From the NCBI RefSeq assembly GCF_009914755.1, contig NC_060934.1: a DNA stretch of 64,000 nucleotides; one strand, given 5' to 3'. The notes beneath the pieces were generated by a model. It saw only the letters and a list, made by a program, of their open reading frames with translations, was not told the origin of the DNA and did not search any database. Origin of the DNA: the human T2T-CHM13v2.0 reference genome, Homo sapiens. Shown piece by piece: positions 1 to 11,735 of the stretch (position 1 is its first letter; each line of letters begins with the position of its first letter). The position numbers and the translations under genes are program-made.

Positions 1-354
1 TGCCCAATGCATCTTCCTCTCAGTAACCACCTCAACATGGGACTTATACATACAACATTTTTCTCAGTTATCTCTCTCCTAGAGAGTGGCTGTCTTGGTA
101 GGAGTAAACTGGACACAGGTCAGACAAGAGTCACAAGGACATCACTCAGTATAGACAGGTTTCTTGTAAGAGGAATACCTGTTGAAGGTCAGGCACCTAG
201 GCATTATGTCATCCACTAGGATTAAGAAGTATCCCGAGAAAAGCACAGTATAAACATCCATGACCACATCCCTTGGATTACTGTCAGGGAAGGGTAAGTT
301 TATAGCTACTTTCAGGAGAGAAATATTAAGTTTGGATTAGAGGAAAATACAGCA
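1..354 (-). mobile_element. ERV1-class LTR fragment (family not resolved)
   Basis: The reverse complement begins TGCTGTATTTTCCTCTAAT (TG terminus), has LTR-like composition, and abuts an L1 fragment. Confidence 0.4.
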
Positions 355-650
355 ATAACTATACATGTAAGTTGAAATTAGATGGTAGAAAAAGATTAAG
401 AGCACATGTGTTAATATCAGATAAGGAGACTTCAGAGAATGAATTACTAGGGACAGAGAGGGACGTTACATCTTGATAGAAGTTTCAATCCAACGAGAAC
501 CCCACGTAATTCTTAATGAGTACTAACTAAAAAACACAGCTGCAGAATATGAGAAACAAACACTATAGAACTGAAACGAGAAATAGACAAATCCATAATT
601 ATAGGTAGAGTTCAATACTCCTCTCTAAACAATTGATAGAACAACTGACT
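355..650 (+). mobile_element. Old L1M ORF2 (endonuclease region) fragment
   Basis: Degenerate L1 EN text such as 'atatcagataaggagacttcagag...gaaatagacaaatccataattataggtagagttcaatactcctctct'. Confidence 0.65.
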
Positions 651-1790
651 AGCCAGTGTAGAGATGAACTCAGCAAGTGGCTATGCCACTTGTTTTGATC
701 TGTAAGACAGGAATGATAATGATAATACTTATATCCTGCTTAATTTTTGTAAAGATAAAACAATGTATTTTTGTAAACAGCTTAGAAATATAACCCACAT
801 ATAATAAGCCCTCAAATATAACAACCTATTGGTACATGGAAATCATGTATTTAAAATATAGTAAATAAACCAACACCCCAAAAGGAAAATGGGCAACGAC
901 ATAAGTAATCAAATCATAGTTGAAGAAATGTCATTATTGAAACATACAGCCTCATTATTAAGTGTTTTCAAAATAAAAGAAACAATGAGAAAGAAACTCT
1001 TTTGGAAACAACTCTAATCACATCTCACGGGTTTTGCTGTTTCTATATTTGCCTCAATTTAATTAAAGCAACATACGACAAGCCTTGTTTTCAAAGAATC
1101 AGGAAAATTGTATAACTAGGTTTAAAAAATTCATTCTACCATTTAAATACAAGGAAATTGACAAACATTTTTCCTTAATTTGTTTCTTCCCTGGACACAG
1201 CTGATTACAAAGTCATAACTAGTGCTAGCACCTTGATACTGTTAAAGAATTAATAAATTATCAGTCTCAAATTGGGCCAAGGTCTATGGACACATTGTCC
1301 CCATAATGAAGACTCCTCTACTTACTGATTCTATTTTAGCCTCAACCCAGTTTGTTGCTACTTCCTTAAGGTAAATAACTTCTTATGAGAGGAAAAGATC
1401 CTGATTTAATAGGTCACTGAAAATGAGACATTTTAAGCCCAAGGCAGGAATTACAATAAATAAAATTAATAGCTAACATAGTTAAACATTCTTCCTTAGC
1501 CAGGCAGCTTACTATGTCCTATGTGTGTGTTATCTCATTTTATCAGCACAACTACTCCTGTGTATTTTCTAGTTTCATATCCCCACTCAGTCCTTACATT
1601 CTAAGCACATCAGATTACTCTAACTTCTTATATACCTTATTTGTTCCCATCACAGGTCCCTTGAATATGCTGTTCCCTATATACAGAACTCCCCATCCCA
1701 TAATCCTTCCTTACCTACCAAATTCCTGATCATTCTTTACATTCCCTTTGAAATATCAGATAAAATTAGGTCCAACAAGTTCAATATCCA

Positions 1791-2400
1791 TGTGAAACAG
1801 CTCTGTTGTCTGGGGTATATACCCCGGCTATTGGTCTCAGTCAAGAAAGAATTCAGGAGACAAACACACATGAGGAGTGGGTTTAGGAGTGGAAAATTTA
1901 ATAGAAATAGAAGAAAAGAGAGAGAAAAATTTTCCTTGTGCTGAGAAAGTGTGTCGCCCAAAAGAGGGTCTCTGGTTTGCAGTGGAATGCAATCAGTTTT
2001 GTACAGAGGCTTGAGGAAATGGTGATTGATTTACATAGGGCTCAGGGGATTGGTTTGACCAGGAGTGCCATTAACATAGCCCGAAAAAGACTGGTCCTCC
2101 CACTCTAGTCTTTTATTATGCCAATGCAGCCTCCACCTGGTGGTAGCCCCACTGGTAAGAAGTTTGTACCCTTTTGCCGGCACGTCAGCCTTCTGGTTTC
2201 CTTTCCCTTAGCTCACCTCTAAGCAAAGCATTTTAAGGTTTGGGAAAATTAACTTTTCCTAGTTTGGAGGAACATTATAAAAGAGCCATTTTAAACCGTG
2301 AAAGAAGGAAAAACACCATAGAAAAGTCTGGGGGTTCCAATTAGGGTTGTCAGGAGGTATTGCCTCTCTTCCTATGTGGAATGATGTTTCCCCTGTTGCT
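1791..2400 (-). mobile_element. ERV1 (MER4-group-like) LTR plus internal fragment
   Basis: 'ctctgttgtctggggtatataccc...gagtgggtttaggagtggaaaatttaatag...gatttacataggggctcaggggattggtttgaccagg' is typical of antisense MER4-group LTRs. Exact family uncertain. Confidence 0.5.
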
Positions 2401-3449
2401 TTGCCCTCCCTATTTTCTCTTTTCCTTTTAGGCCTACGATAAGAGACATATTGCCACATAAGCCTTCTGAGTTTGATATTATTCACTTTCTGATTGGGGG
2501 AAACTAGTAAGTATCATAACTCCTCTGAAATGTTTAGACAAATATCTTTTCTGTAATTTCTATACAGTTTTTTAAAATTTGTTTATTTACATCATGGATA
2601 TAGTTTGAAATATATATTTGTTGCTGGGGACACACACAGCTATCTAAATGTGGCTCCATTATCACAATGATTTGCTGGTATGTAAATGTACCAACTATTA
2701 ATAACTCCTATAAAAATGGCAATGTCACCCATTTCTGTGACCATGTCTTTTTCTATCCCTACCCCTCAGCTGTACTTGCCTAAGTAAACATTCTCTCTTC
2801 TCATGGTTCTGTTTAAGGCATACATTTCTTATGTAGACATAAGGGTTCATTGTTGTAACTTGACTTCTCCATCACTGCCCTAATGAGATAATGTGTTTAC
2901 TTTTATAATAATAAGCATTACCTTAAAATGGATCATAAGTAGGCTATTTGCATATGTCTGTACCCAATATTTTATCTGAAACCAAAAGATAAAGTATCTT
3001 TTTGCTTCATATCATCTACTTTCTATTTTCTTCAATATTCATGGTATTTAAAAGAAGTCATAATAATTTGTACTAAATTCTTACAAGAAAACTGCAAACA
3101 GAAATTGATTAGTCTTGCAATAAATTTTTCAGGTAACAAATTGTTGTTCTTCCAGTACACTCACACATGTTAAGAATGATCAACCCTCTTTTCTTGTGGA
3201 TAGTTTTCACTTCATTATACTAATACTGTTGTGTTTTCTCTTTATCTGTATCTTACGCACAATGCAGGAAATAATAGATAATTGGTGGACCAATAATGTA
3301 ATCTATTATCAGGTTGAGAATTTCTAGGACAGGGTGAAAAACTAGTGTTGCAAGACAGAACATAAAATTCAATCTCCCTGATAACATTATTTAAAGGTGA
3401 AGGTAGAAATAGCCATCAGCTATTGGAGGCAATTAGATATAATTATAAT

Positions 3450-4240
3450 AACTTCTGCATCTGCCCATGATAAACAATCTCGTATTGACTAATCTTCCTA
3501 CCCCAAACAACTATTATATAAAACTGGATAGAACATATGCAACGACTGTTTTTAGATACTATGCTATTAGGAAATACTTGAAGTAGTCCCTTCAATTCTT
3601 CAAGTTCTCTACCTTGGGTTACTTTCCAGACTTGGCATGAGTTAGAGAGTTAAGAGTTCTGGCAGAACATGACAGTCCGTTTAGAGGAGGGGACAGAAAT
3701 TGGAAATTGGGCTACTAAGGTGACTGGAATTTGTGGGACAGAATACTAAGGAAAAAGTTGCACCCAAAAGAAAAAGGGAGCTCCAGAAGTTTAGAAATGT
3801 CCTGTGGTTGAGGGTCTGAAGGTCAGCAGAGAACTGAGGAACTCTAAGATAAACAGAGATAGAGGAAGAGGCAGAAAGGTGGAGAGCATGATAGTTCTGA
3901 TTGGCTGAAGTGGAAGGGCTGACTGAACTCTTAGGTCACTCAACTCAATACACGATAAAAGTCACTTCTGAGACGTAAAGCCCTTAGACATTAGAATAAG
4001 GGATTCTCTATATCTGTCCTAAAAAGGCTTAAAATCAAGCCAAAGAAGATCAATGTATCCATCAGTGGGTGTTACAAGTCTTATCATATATATTTAAACT
4101 CTTCACTCACTTTTGGGGGTTATAAGTATGTTATAATACTGATTGCACATATCTATGCATACACTAAAAGCCAATGAACTGTATACTTTAAATAGATGAA
4201 TTATATGGTATATAAATTGTATCTTAATAAAGCTGCTAAA
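3450..4240 (+). mobile_element. Old L1M/L1ME fragments (5' region and 3' end)
   Basis: L1ME-type 3' end 'tgaactgtatactttaaatagatgaattatatggtatataaattgtatcttaataaagctg' at ~4175-4235, with degenerate L1M 5' sequence upstream. Confidence 0.55.
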
Positions 4241-4479
4241 ATGTTTAAATGTGCACTTGATTATATTATTCGCTATGTAAATCTTCTTAATGTCTTCTCA
4301 GTATATACAAAATAAAATTCAGACTCCTAATATATATACATTTATAAATGTGTGTGTATACACACACACCCATACACACATGCACACATGCCTATAAGTA
4401 TACATAGAAGAATATATGAATTCAATGGTTTATAGAGCTAGGGCCTTCACCTTCTTCATGCATAGGTTCTTATGGTTCC

Positions 4480-5616
4480 TGAGAGGTGACAATGTGCTAG
4501 CAGCCCTCGCTCGCTCTCGGCACCTCCTGGGCCTTGGCATCCGCTCTGGCCACACTCGAAGAGACCTTCAGCCCACTGCTGTGCTATGAGGGTCCCTCTC
4601 TGGGTCTGGTCGAGGCCAGAGCCAGCTCTTTCTGCTCACAGGGAGGTGTGGAGGGAGAGGCACGGGCGGGAACCAGGTCTGCATGCAGCACTCGCAGGCC
4701 GGCGAGGGTTCCGGGTGGGCGCGGGCTCAGCAGTCCCGCACTCGGAACGGCCGGCCAGTGCCTGCTGGGCTTGACTGGGGGATGAGCTCCCTCTGGGCTG
4801 CCAGAGTGCCCAGGCTGGGTGCTGCAGAGTCCCGTAGTGAGTGCCAGTGAGAGGTGAAGCCGGCTGGGCTTCTGGGATGGGTGAGGACTTGGAGAACTTT
4901 TCTGTCTAGCTAAAGGATTTTAAACGCACCAATCAGCACTCTGTGTCTAGCTAAAGGTTTGTAAATGCACCAATCAGCACTCTGCCTAGCTAAAGGTTTG
5001 TAAATGCACCAATCAGTGTTCTGTGTCTAGCTTATCTAGTGGGAACTTGGAGAACTTTTGTGTCTAGCTAAAGCATTGTAAACGGACCAATCAGCTCTCT
5101 GTAAAATGGACCAATCAGCTCTCTGTAAAATGCTCCACTCAGCAAGATATGGGTGGGGTCAGATAAGGGAATCAAAGCAGGCTCCCTGAGCCAGCAGCGG
5201 CAACCTGCTCAGGTCCCCTTCCACACTATGGAAGCTTTGCTCGTTTGCTCTTCACAATAAATCTTGCTGCTGCTCACTCTTTGGGTCCGCACCACCTTTA
5301 TGAGCTGTAACACTCACCGCGAAGGTCTGCAGCTTCATTCCTGAGGCCAGCGAGACCACAAACCCACCGGAAGGAACGAACAACTCCAGATGCGCCAACA
5401 TTAGGAGCCATAACACTCACCTCGAAGGTCTGCAGCTTCACTCCTGAAGTCAGCGAGACCATGAACCCACCAGAAGGAAGAAACTCTGGACACATCTGAA
5501 CATCTGAAGGGACAAACTCCGACACACCATCTTTAAGAACTGTAACACTCACCACGAGGGTCCGCGGCTTCATTCTTGAAGTCAGCAAGACCAAGAACCC
5601 ACCAATTCCAGACATA
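4480..5616 (+). promoter_or_regulatory. 5' LTR12-family LTR (1137 bp)
   Basis: GC-rich U3 start; ~40-bp 'ctagctaaaggtttgtaaatgcaccaatcagcact' enhancer repeats; 24-bp CCAAT repeats; GATA site; polyA signal at ~5255; U5 tandem repeats 'gtaacactcacc..gaaggtctgcagcttca'; terminal CA mutated to TA. Confidence 0.95.
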
Positions 5617-5619
5617 TTT

Positions 5620-5637
5620 TGGTGACCCAGATGGGAC
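5620..5637 (+). other. Primer-binding site, tRNA-Arg type
   Basis: TGGTGACCCAGATGGGAC lies 3 nt after the LTR. It is complementary to a tRNA-Arg 3' end (…GUCCCAUCUGGGUCGCCA) apart from one CpG transition. ERV9 is known to use tRNA-Arg. Confidence 0.85.
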
Positions 5638-6914
5638 TATCGCCTATCACCAAGTGGTGAAACTATCACCTATCGGTGAGACTATCGCCTATCGCCAAGT
5701 GGTGAGTACCATCAGACCCATTTCACTTGCTATTCTATTTTTCCTTAGAATTCGGGGGCTAAATACCGGGCACCTGTCAGCCAGTTAAAAGCGAGTAGCG
5801 TGGCCACCGTACTAAAGACATGGGTGTCAGGCTTTCTGGGAAAGGGCTCTCTAACAACTCCCAACTCTTTGGAGTTGGGAGCATTGGTTTGCCTGGAACC
5901 AGCTTCCGCTTTTCCTGTACTTCTGGGCTGAGCCATGGGTCAACAGAGAGGAAAGCCATTCAGCTCTGGGGTCCTGACAACAAGTTGCTTGACCCTGCGG
6001 CCATGAGTGGAACTCTCAAAGACATGTCGCCCAAGTGAGACTCGCCCATCTATCCTATCTATCCTGACCCTTGCCTCCTGGGTCCTAATGCCTGTCAGAC
6101 AAACTTCCTCTTTCCTTTCTCCTCCAAGGCTAGTCCCGCTTCTAAAAACCACTCCCTGTCTCTGGTGCTTTTCTAGTTTCTCCTGTAAGAATGATTTCTA
6201 GTATAAACTCCAGGACTCTGTTAACTTTTTTTGGCACCCGGGCTCACCAATCAGAAAGACATAATTTTTGCCCAAAGCCTCATCATAAGGGTGACTGTCT
6301 GGAATTTTAGACCCCTCCTCAAACTAGCAGGCCTAACAAAAGCTATTCCTGAAGCTAGGATACGGGGAGCCTCAGATATTGTATCCTTCCTATTCATATA
6401 AATGAGGACAAAAGGCATCACTCTTCCAACCCTGGAGATCCATTCCCTCCCTCAGGGTATGGCCCTCCACTTCAGTTTTGGGGAATAACATCTCTACAGG
6501 ATGGGGTAAGGTCCCAGTAGTAACAGGAAAATGCTTAGGACTCTAACAGGTTTTCAAGAATGTGTCAGTAAGGGCCACTAAATCTGATTTTTCTCAGTCC
6601 TCTTTGTGGTCTAGGAGGACAGGTAAGGGTGCAGGTTTTCAAGAATGTGTCAGTAAAAGCCACTAAATCTGACCTTCCTTGGTCCTCCTTGTGGTCTGGG
6701 AGGAAAACTAGTGTTTCTGCTGCTGCATCAGTGAGCACGACTATTCCTACCAGCAGGGTCAAGGGACCGCTGCAGGTTCTTGGGCAGGGGTTGTTTCTGC
6801 TGCTGCATTGGTGAGTGCAACTATTCCAATCAGCAGGGTCCAGGGACCGTTGCAGGTTCCTGGGCAGGGGGAGAAACAAAACAAACCAAAACTGCAGGCA
6901 GTTTTGTCTTTCAG

Positions 6915-8414
6915 ATGGGAAACACTCAGGCATCACGGGCTCAACCTTGAAATGCATCCTAAGCCATGGGGACCAATTTGATCTGCAAACCCTGAAAAAG
7001 AGGCAGCTCATTTTTTTCTGCACTATGGCCTGGCCCCAATATTCTCTCTCTGATGTGGAAAAATGGCCATCTGAGGGAAGTACAAATTACAATACTACCC
7101 TGCAGCTTGATCTTTTATGTAAGAGGGAAGGCAAATGGAGTGAAATACCTTATGTCCAAGCCTTCTTTTCATTGAAGGAGACTACACAACTATGCAAAGC
7201 TTGCAATTTACATCCCAAAGGAGGACCTTTCTGCTTACTCCCATATCCTAGCCTCCCTATAGCTCTGCTTCCTATTAATGATAATCCTCCTCTAATCTCC
7301 CCCACCCAAAGGAAATAAGCAAAGAAATCTCCAAAAGACCACAAAAACCCCCAGGCTATTGGTTATGTCCCCTTCAAGCTGTAGGGGGAGGGGAATTTGG
7401 CACAACCCAGTACACGTCCCCTTCTCCCTCTCTGATTTAAAGCAGATCAAGGCAGACCTGGGGAAGTTTTCAGATGATCCTGATGGGTACATACATGTGC
7501 TATAGGGTCTAGGGCAAACCTTCTGTCTCACTTGGAGAGATGTCATGCTATTGGTAGATCAAACCCTGGCCTTTAATGAAAAGAATGTGGCTTTAGCTGC
7601 AGCCCGAGAGTTTGGAGATACCTGGTATCTTAGTCAACTAAATGGTAGAATGACAGCCAAAGAAAGGGATAAATTCCCTACTGGTCAGCAAGCCATCTCC
7701 AGTATGGATCCCCACTGGGACCTTGATTCAGATCATGGGGACTGGAGTCATAAATGTCTGTTGACCTGTGTTCTAAAAGGACTAAAGAGAATTAGGAAAA
7801 AGCCCATGAATTATTCAATGATGTCCACCATAACTCAGGGAAAGGAAGAAAATCCTTCTGCCTTCCTTGAGCGGCTACAGGATGCCTTAAGAAAATACAC
7901 TCCTCTGTCACCCAAATCACTTGAGTGTCAATTGATCCTAAAAGATAAGTTTATTACCCAATCAGCCACAGATATCAGGAGAAAGCTTCAAAAGCAAGCC
8001 CTGGGCCCTGAACAGAATTTGGAGGCATTATTAAACTTGGCAACCTCGGTGTTCTATAATAGGGACCAAGAGGAACAGGCCCAAAAGGAAAAGCGAGATC
8101 AGAGAAAGGCTGCAGCCTTAGTCATGGCCCTCAGACAAACAAACCTTGGTGGTTCAGAGAGGACAGAAAATGGAGCAGGCCAATCACCCAGTAGGGCTTG
8201 TTATCAGTGCAGTTTACAAGGACACTTTAAAAAAGATTGTCCAATGAGAAACAAGCTGCCCCCTCATCCATGTCCGCTATGCCGAGGCAATCACTGGAAG
8301 GTGCACTGCCCCAGAGGACAAAGGTTCTCCACCAGAAGACCCCAACCAGATGATCCAACAACAGGACTGACGGTGCCTGGGGCAAGCACCAGCTCATGTC
8401 ACCACCCTCACTGA
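6915..8414 (+). pseudogene. gag: HERV9 gag, frameshifted; 7545-8414 is open and covers capsid C-terminus/MHR and nucleocapsid
   Basis: ATG GGA AAC ACT CAG (MGNTQ) at 6915 followed by an early frameshift. MHR 'ITQGKEENPSAFLERLQDAL'; zinc knuckles CYQCSLQGHFKKDC and CPLCRGNHWKVHC. Confidence 0.93.
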
Positions 8415-8419
8415 GCCCC

Positions 8420-10570
8420 GGGTACATTTAACCATTGAAGGTCAGGAAGTTGACTTCCTCCTGGACACTGGTGTGGTCTTCTCAGTGTTAATCTCCTGTC
8501 CTGGACTGTCCTCGAGGTCCATTACCATCTGAGGAATCCTGGGACAGCCTGTAACCAGGTATTTCTCCCACCTCCTCCATTGTAATTGGGAGACTTTGCC
8601 CTTTTCACATGACTTTCTTGTTATGCCTGAAAGTCCCACACCCTTATTAGGGAGGGATATACTAGCCAAGGCTGGAGCTATTATCTACATGAATATGGGG
8701 AACAATTTACCCATTTGTTGTCCCCTACTTGAGGAGGGAATCAACCCTGAAGTCTGGGCATTGGAAAGACAATTTGGAAGGGCAAAAAATGCCCACCCAG
8801 TCCAAGTCAGGCTAAAAGACCCCACCACTTTTCCTTATCAAAGGCAATATCCCTTAAGGCCTGAAGCTCATAAAGGATTACAGGATATTGTTAAACATTT
8901 GAAAGCTCAAGTCTTAGTAAGAAAATGCAGCAGTCCCTGCAACACCCCAATTCTAGAGTACAAAAACCGAATGGTCAGTGGAGACTAGTGCAAGATCTTA
9001 GACTCATCAATGAGGCAGAAATTCCTCTATATCCAGTTGTACCCAACCCCTATACCTTGCTTTCTCAAATACCAGAGGAAGCAGAATGGTTCACTGTTCT
9101 GGTCCTCAAGGATGCCTTCTTCTGTATTCCCCTGCAATCTGACTCCCAGTTTCTCTTTGCCTTTGAGAATCCCACAGACCACATGTCCCAACTTACATGG
9201 ATGGTCTTGCCCCAAGGGTTTAGGGATAGCCCTCACCTGTTTGGTCAGGCATTGGCCCAAGATCTAGGCCACTTCTCAAGTCCAGGCACTCTGATCCTTC
9301 AGTATGTGGATGATTTACTTTTGGCTACTAGTTCAGAAGCCTCATACCAGCAGGCTACTCTAGATCTCTTGAACTTTCTAGCTAATCAAGGGTACAAAAT
9401 GTCTAGGTCGAAGGCCCAGCTTTGCCTACAGCAGATCAAATATCTAGGCCTAATCTTATCCAGAGGGACCAGGGCCCTCAGCAAGGAATGAATAAAGCCT
9501 ATAATGGCTTATCCTCACCCTAAGACATTAAAACAGTTGTGGAGGTTCCTTGGAATCACTGGCTTTTGCCAAATATGGATCTCTGGATACAGCGAGATAG
9601 CCAGGCCCCTCTATACTCTAATCAAGGAAACCCAGAGGGCAAATACTCATCTAGTAGAATGGGAACCAGAGGCAGAAACAGCCTTCAAAACCTTAAAGCA
9701 GGCCCTAGTATAAGCTCCAGCTTTAGGCCTTCCAAAAGGACAAAACTTCGTTTATACATCACAGAGAGAGCAGAGATAGCTCTTGGAGTCCTTACCCAGA
9801 CTCGTGGGACAACCTCACAACCAGTGGCATACCTAAATAAGGAAATAGATGTAGTAGCAAAAGGCTGGCCTTACTGTTTGTCAGTAGTTTTCGTGGTGGC
9901 CATCTTAGTGTCAGAGGCTATCAAGAGAATACAAGGAAAGGATCTCACTGTCTGGACTACTCAGGATGTGGAGGGCATACTAGGTGCCAAAGGAAGTTTA
10001 TGGCTATCAGACAACTGCCTACTTAGATACCAGGCACTTCTTGAGGGACTGGTGCTTCCAATATGTATGTGCGTGGCCCTCAACCCTGCCACTTTTCTCC
10101 CAGAGGTTGGGGAACCAATCGATCATGACTGCCAACAAATTATATTCCAGACTTATGCTGCCTGAGATGATCTCTTAGAAGTCCCCTTAGCTAATCCTGA
10201 CCTTAATCTATATACCGATGGAAGTTCATTTGTGGAAAATGGGGTATGAAGGGAAGGTTATGCCATAGTTAGTGTTGTAATCATACTTGAAAGTAAGCCT
10301 CTTCCCCCAGGGACCAGCACCCAGTTAGCAGAACTAGTGGCACTTACCCGAGCCTTAGAACTGGGAAAGGGTAAAAGAGTAAATGTGTACACAGATAGCA
10401 AGTATGCTTATCTAATCCTACATGCCCATGCTGCAATATGGAAAGAAAGGGAGTTCCTAACCTCTGGGGGAACCCCCATTAAATACCACAAGGAAATTAT
10501 GGAGTTATTGCACAATGCAAAAACCCAAGGAGGTGGCAGTCTTACACTGCCAAAGCCATCAAAAAGAGGA
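8420..10570 (+). pseudogene. pol: HERV9 pro-pol (protease, RT, RNase H), disrupted; integrase absent
   Basis: FLLDTG (DTG at 8464-8472), LLGRDIL, LPQG (9207), YVDD (9303-9314), LYTDGS (10208) and VYTDSKYA. Stops at 8530, 9489, 9711 and 10247, plus frameshifts. Confidence 0.95.
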
Positions 10571-10805
10571 AGGAGAAGGGAAAACAGGAGCATAAGCAAC
10601 TGGCAGAGGCAGCAGAAAGGAAAGAGAGAAAGAGACAGGAAGTCAGAGAAAGAGAGAGAGGAAGAAACAGAGACAAAGAGAAGGAGACAGAGCGACAGAA
10701 AGTCAAAGAAGGAAAGAGAGGAAAAGACAAAGAGGGAGTCAGAGACAAAGAGAGAGACAAAGAAGAAGTCAAAGAGAAAGAAAGAGAGATAAATAGTAAA
10801 GAAAA
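10560..10805 (+). repeat. AG-rich low-complexity tract inside the provirus
   Basis: About 240 bp of almost pure purines built from 'gagacagaaagtcaaagag'-like units. Confidence 0.9.
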
Positions 10806-10841
10806 AACAGTGTACCCTATTCCTTTAAAAGCCAGGGTAAA

Positions 10842-11582
10842 GTTCTGTCTACCCAGCCAAGGTATATTCTTCTTATGTGGAATGTCAACCTATATCTGCC
10901 TCCCCACTAACTGGACTGGCATCTGCATCTTAGTCTAAGTCCCAACATTAACACTGCCCCAGGAAATCAGACCCTCTCAGTACCCCTCAAAGCTCAAGTC
11001 CGTCAGTGCAAAGCCACACAACCAATACCCCTACTTATAGGGTTAGGAATGGCTACTGCTACAGGAACTGGAATAGCCAGTTTATCTACTTCATTATCCT
11101 ACTACCACACACTCTCAAAGGATTTCTCAGACAGTTTGCAAGAAATAACGAAATCTATCCTTACTCTACAATCCCAAATAGACTCTTTGGCAGCAGTGAC
11201 TCTCCAAAACCGCCGAAGCCTAGACCTCCTCACTGCTGAGAAAGGAGGACTCTGCATCTTCTTAGGGAAAGAGTGTTGTTTTTACACTAACCAGTCAGGG
11301 ATAGTGCGAGATGGCGCCTGGAATTTACAGGAAAAGGCTTCCGAAATCAGACAATGCCTTTCAAACTCTTATACCAACCTCTGGAGTTGGGCAACATGGC
11401 TTCTCCCCTTTCTAGTTCCCGGGGCAACCATCCTGCTATTACTCACCTTCAGGCCCTGTATTTCTAACCTCCTTGTCATATTTGTTTCCTCTAGAATTGA
11501 GGCCATCAAGCTAGAGATGGTCTTACAAATGGAGCCCCAAATGAGCTCAACTAACAACGTCTACCGAGGACACGTGGATTGA
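10842..11582 (+). pseudogene. env: HERV9 env remnant: SU C-terminus (frameshifted) plus an open TM frame at 11049-11582
   Basis: FCLPSQGIFFLCG...CLPTNWTG in one frame, then fusion peptide IPLLIGLGMATATG, immunosuppressive domain LQNRRSLDLLTAEKGGLC (11202), CX6CC and membrane anchor WLLPFLVPGATILLLLTF. Confidence 0.93.
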
Positions 11583-11724
11583 CCCACTGGCCCTTTCACT
11601 GGCCTAAAGAGTTCCCCTCTGGAGGACACTACAACTGCAGGGCCCCTTCTTCACCCCTATCCAGCAGGAAGTAGCTAGAGCGGTCATCAGCCAAATTCCC
11701 AACAGCTGTTGGGGTGTCCTGTTT

Positions 11725-11734
11725 AGAGGGGGAA
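11725..11734 (+). other. Polypurine tract
   Basis: AGAGGGGGAA immediately before the 3' LTR TG. Confidence 0.8.
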
Positions 11735-11735
11735 T

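Noticed and set aside
4905-5135. Regularly spaced ~40-bp repeats resembling a CRISPR array
   Set aside because: These are LTR12 U3 enhancer repeats with no unique spacers, in a eukaryotic context with no cas genes.
5298-5615. 105-aa antisense ORF open in both LTRs (also 12657-12974)
   Set aside because: It lies in the U5 tandem repeats, which are stop-poor on that strand. This is a repeat-derived frame, not evidence of a gene.
10337-10792. RNase H frame running into a K/E/R-rich tail
   Set aside because: A frameshift into the AG-rich tract produces low-complexity translation.
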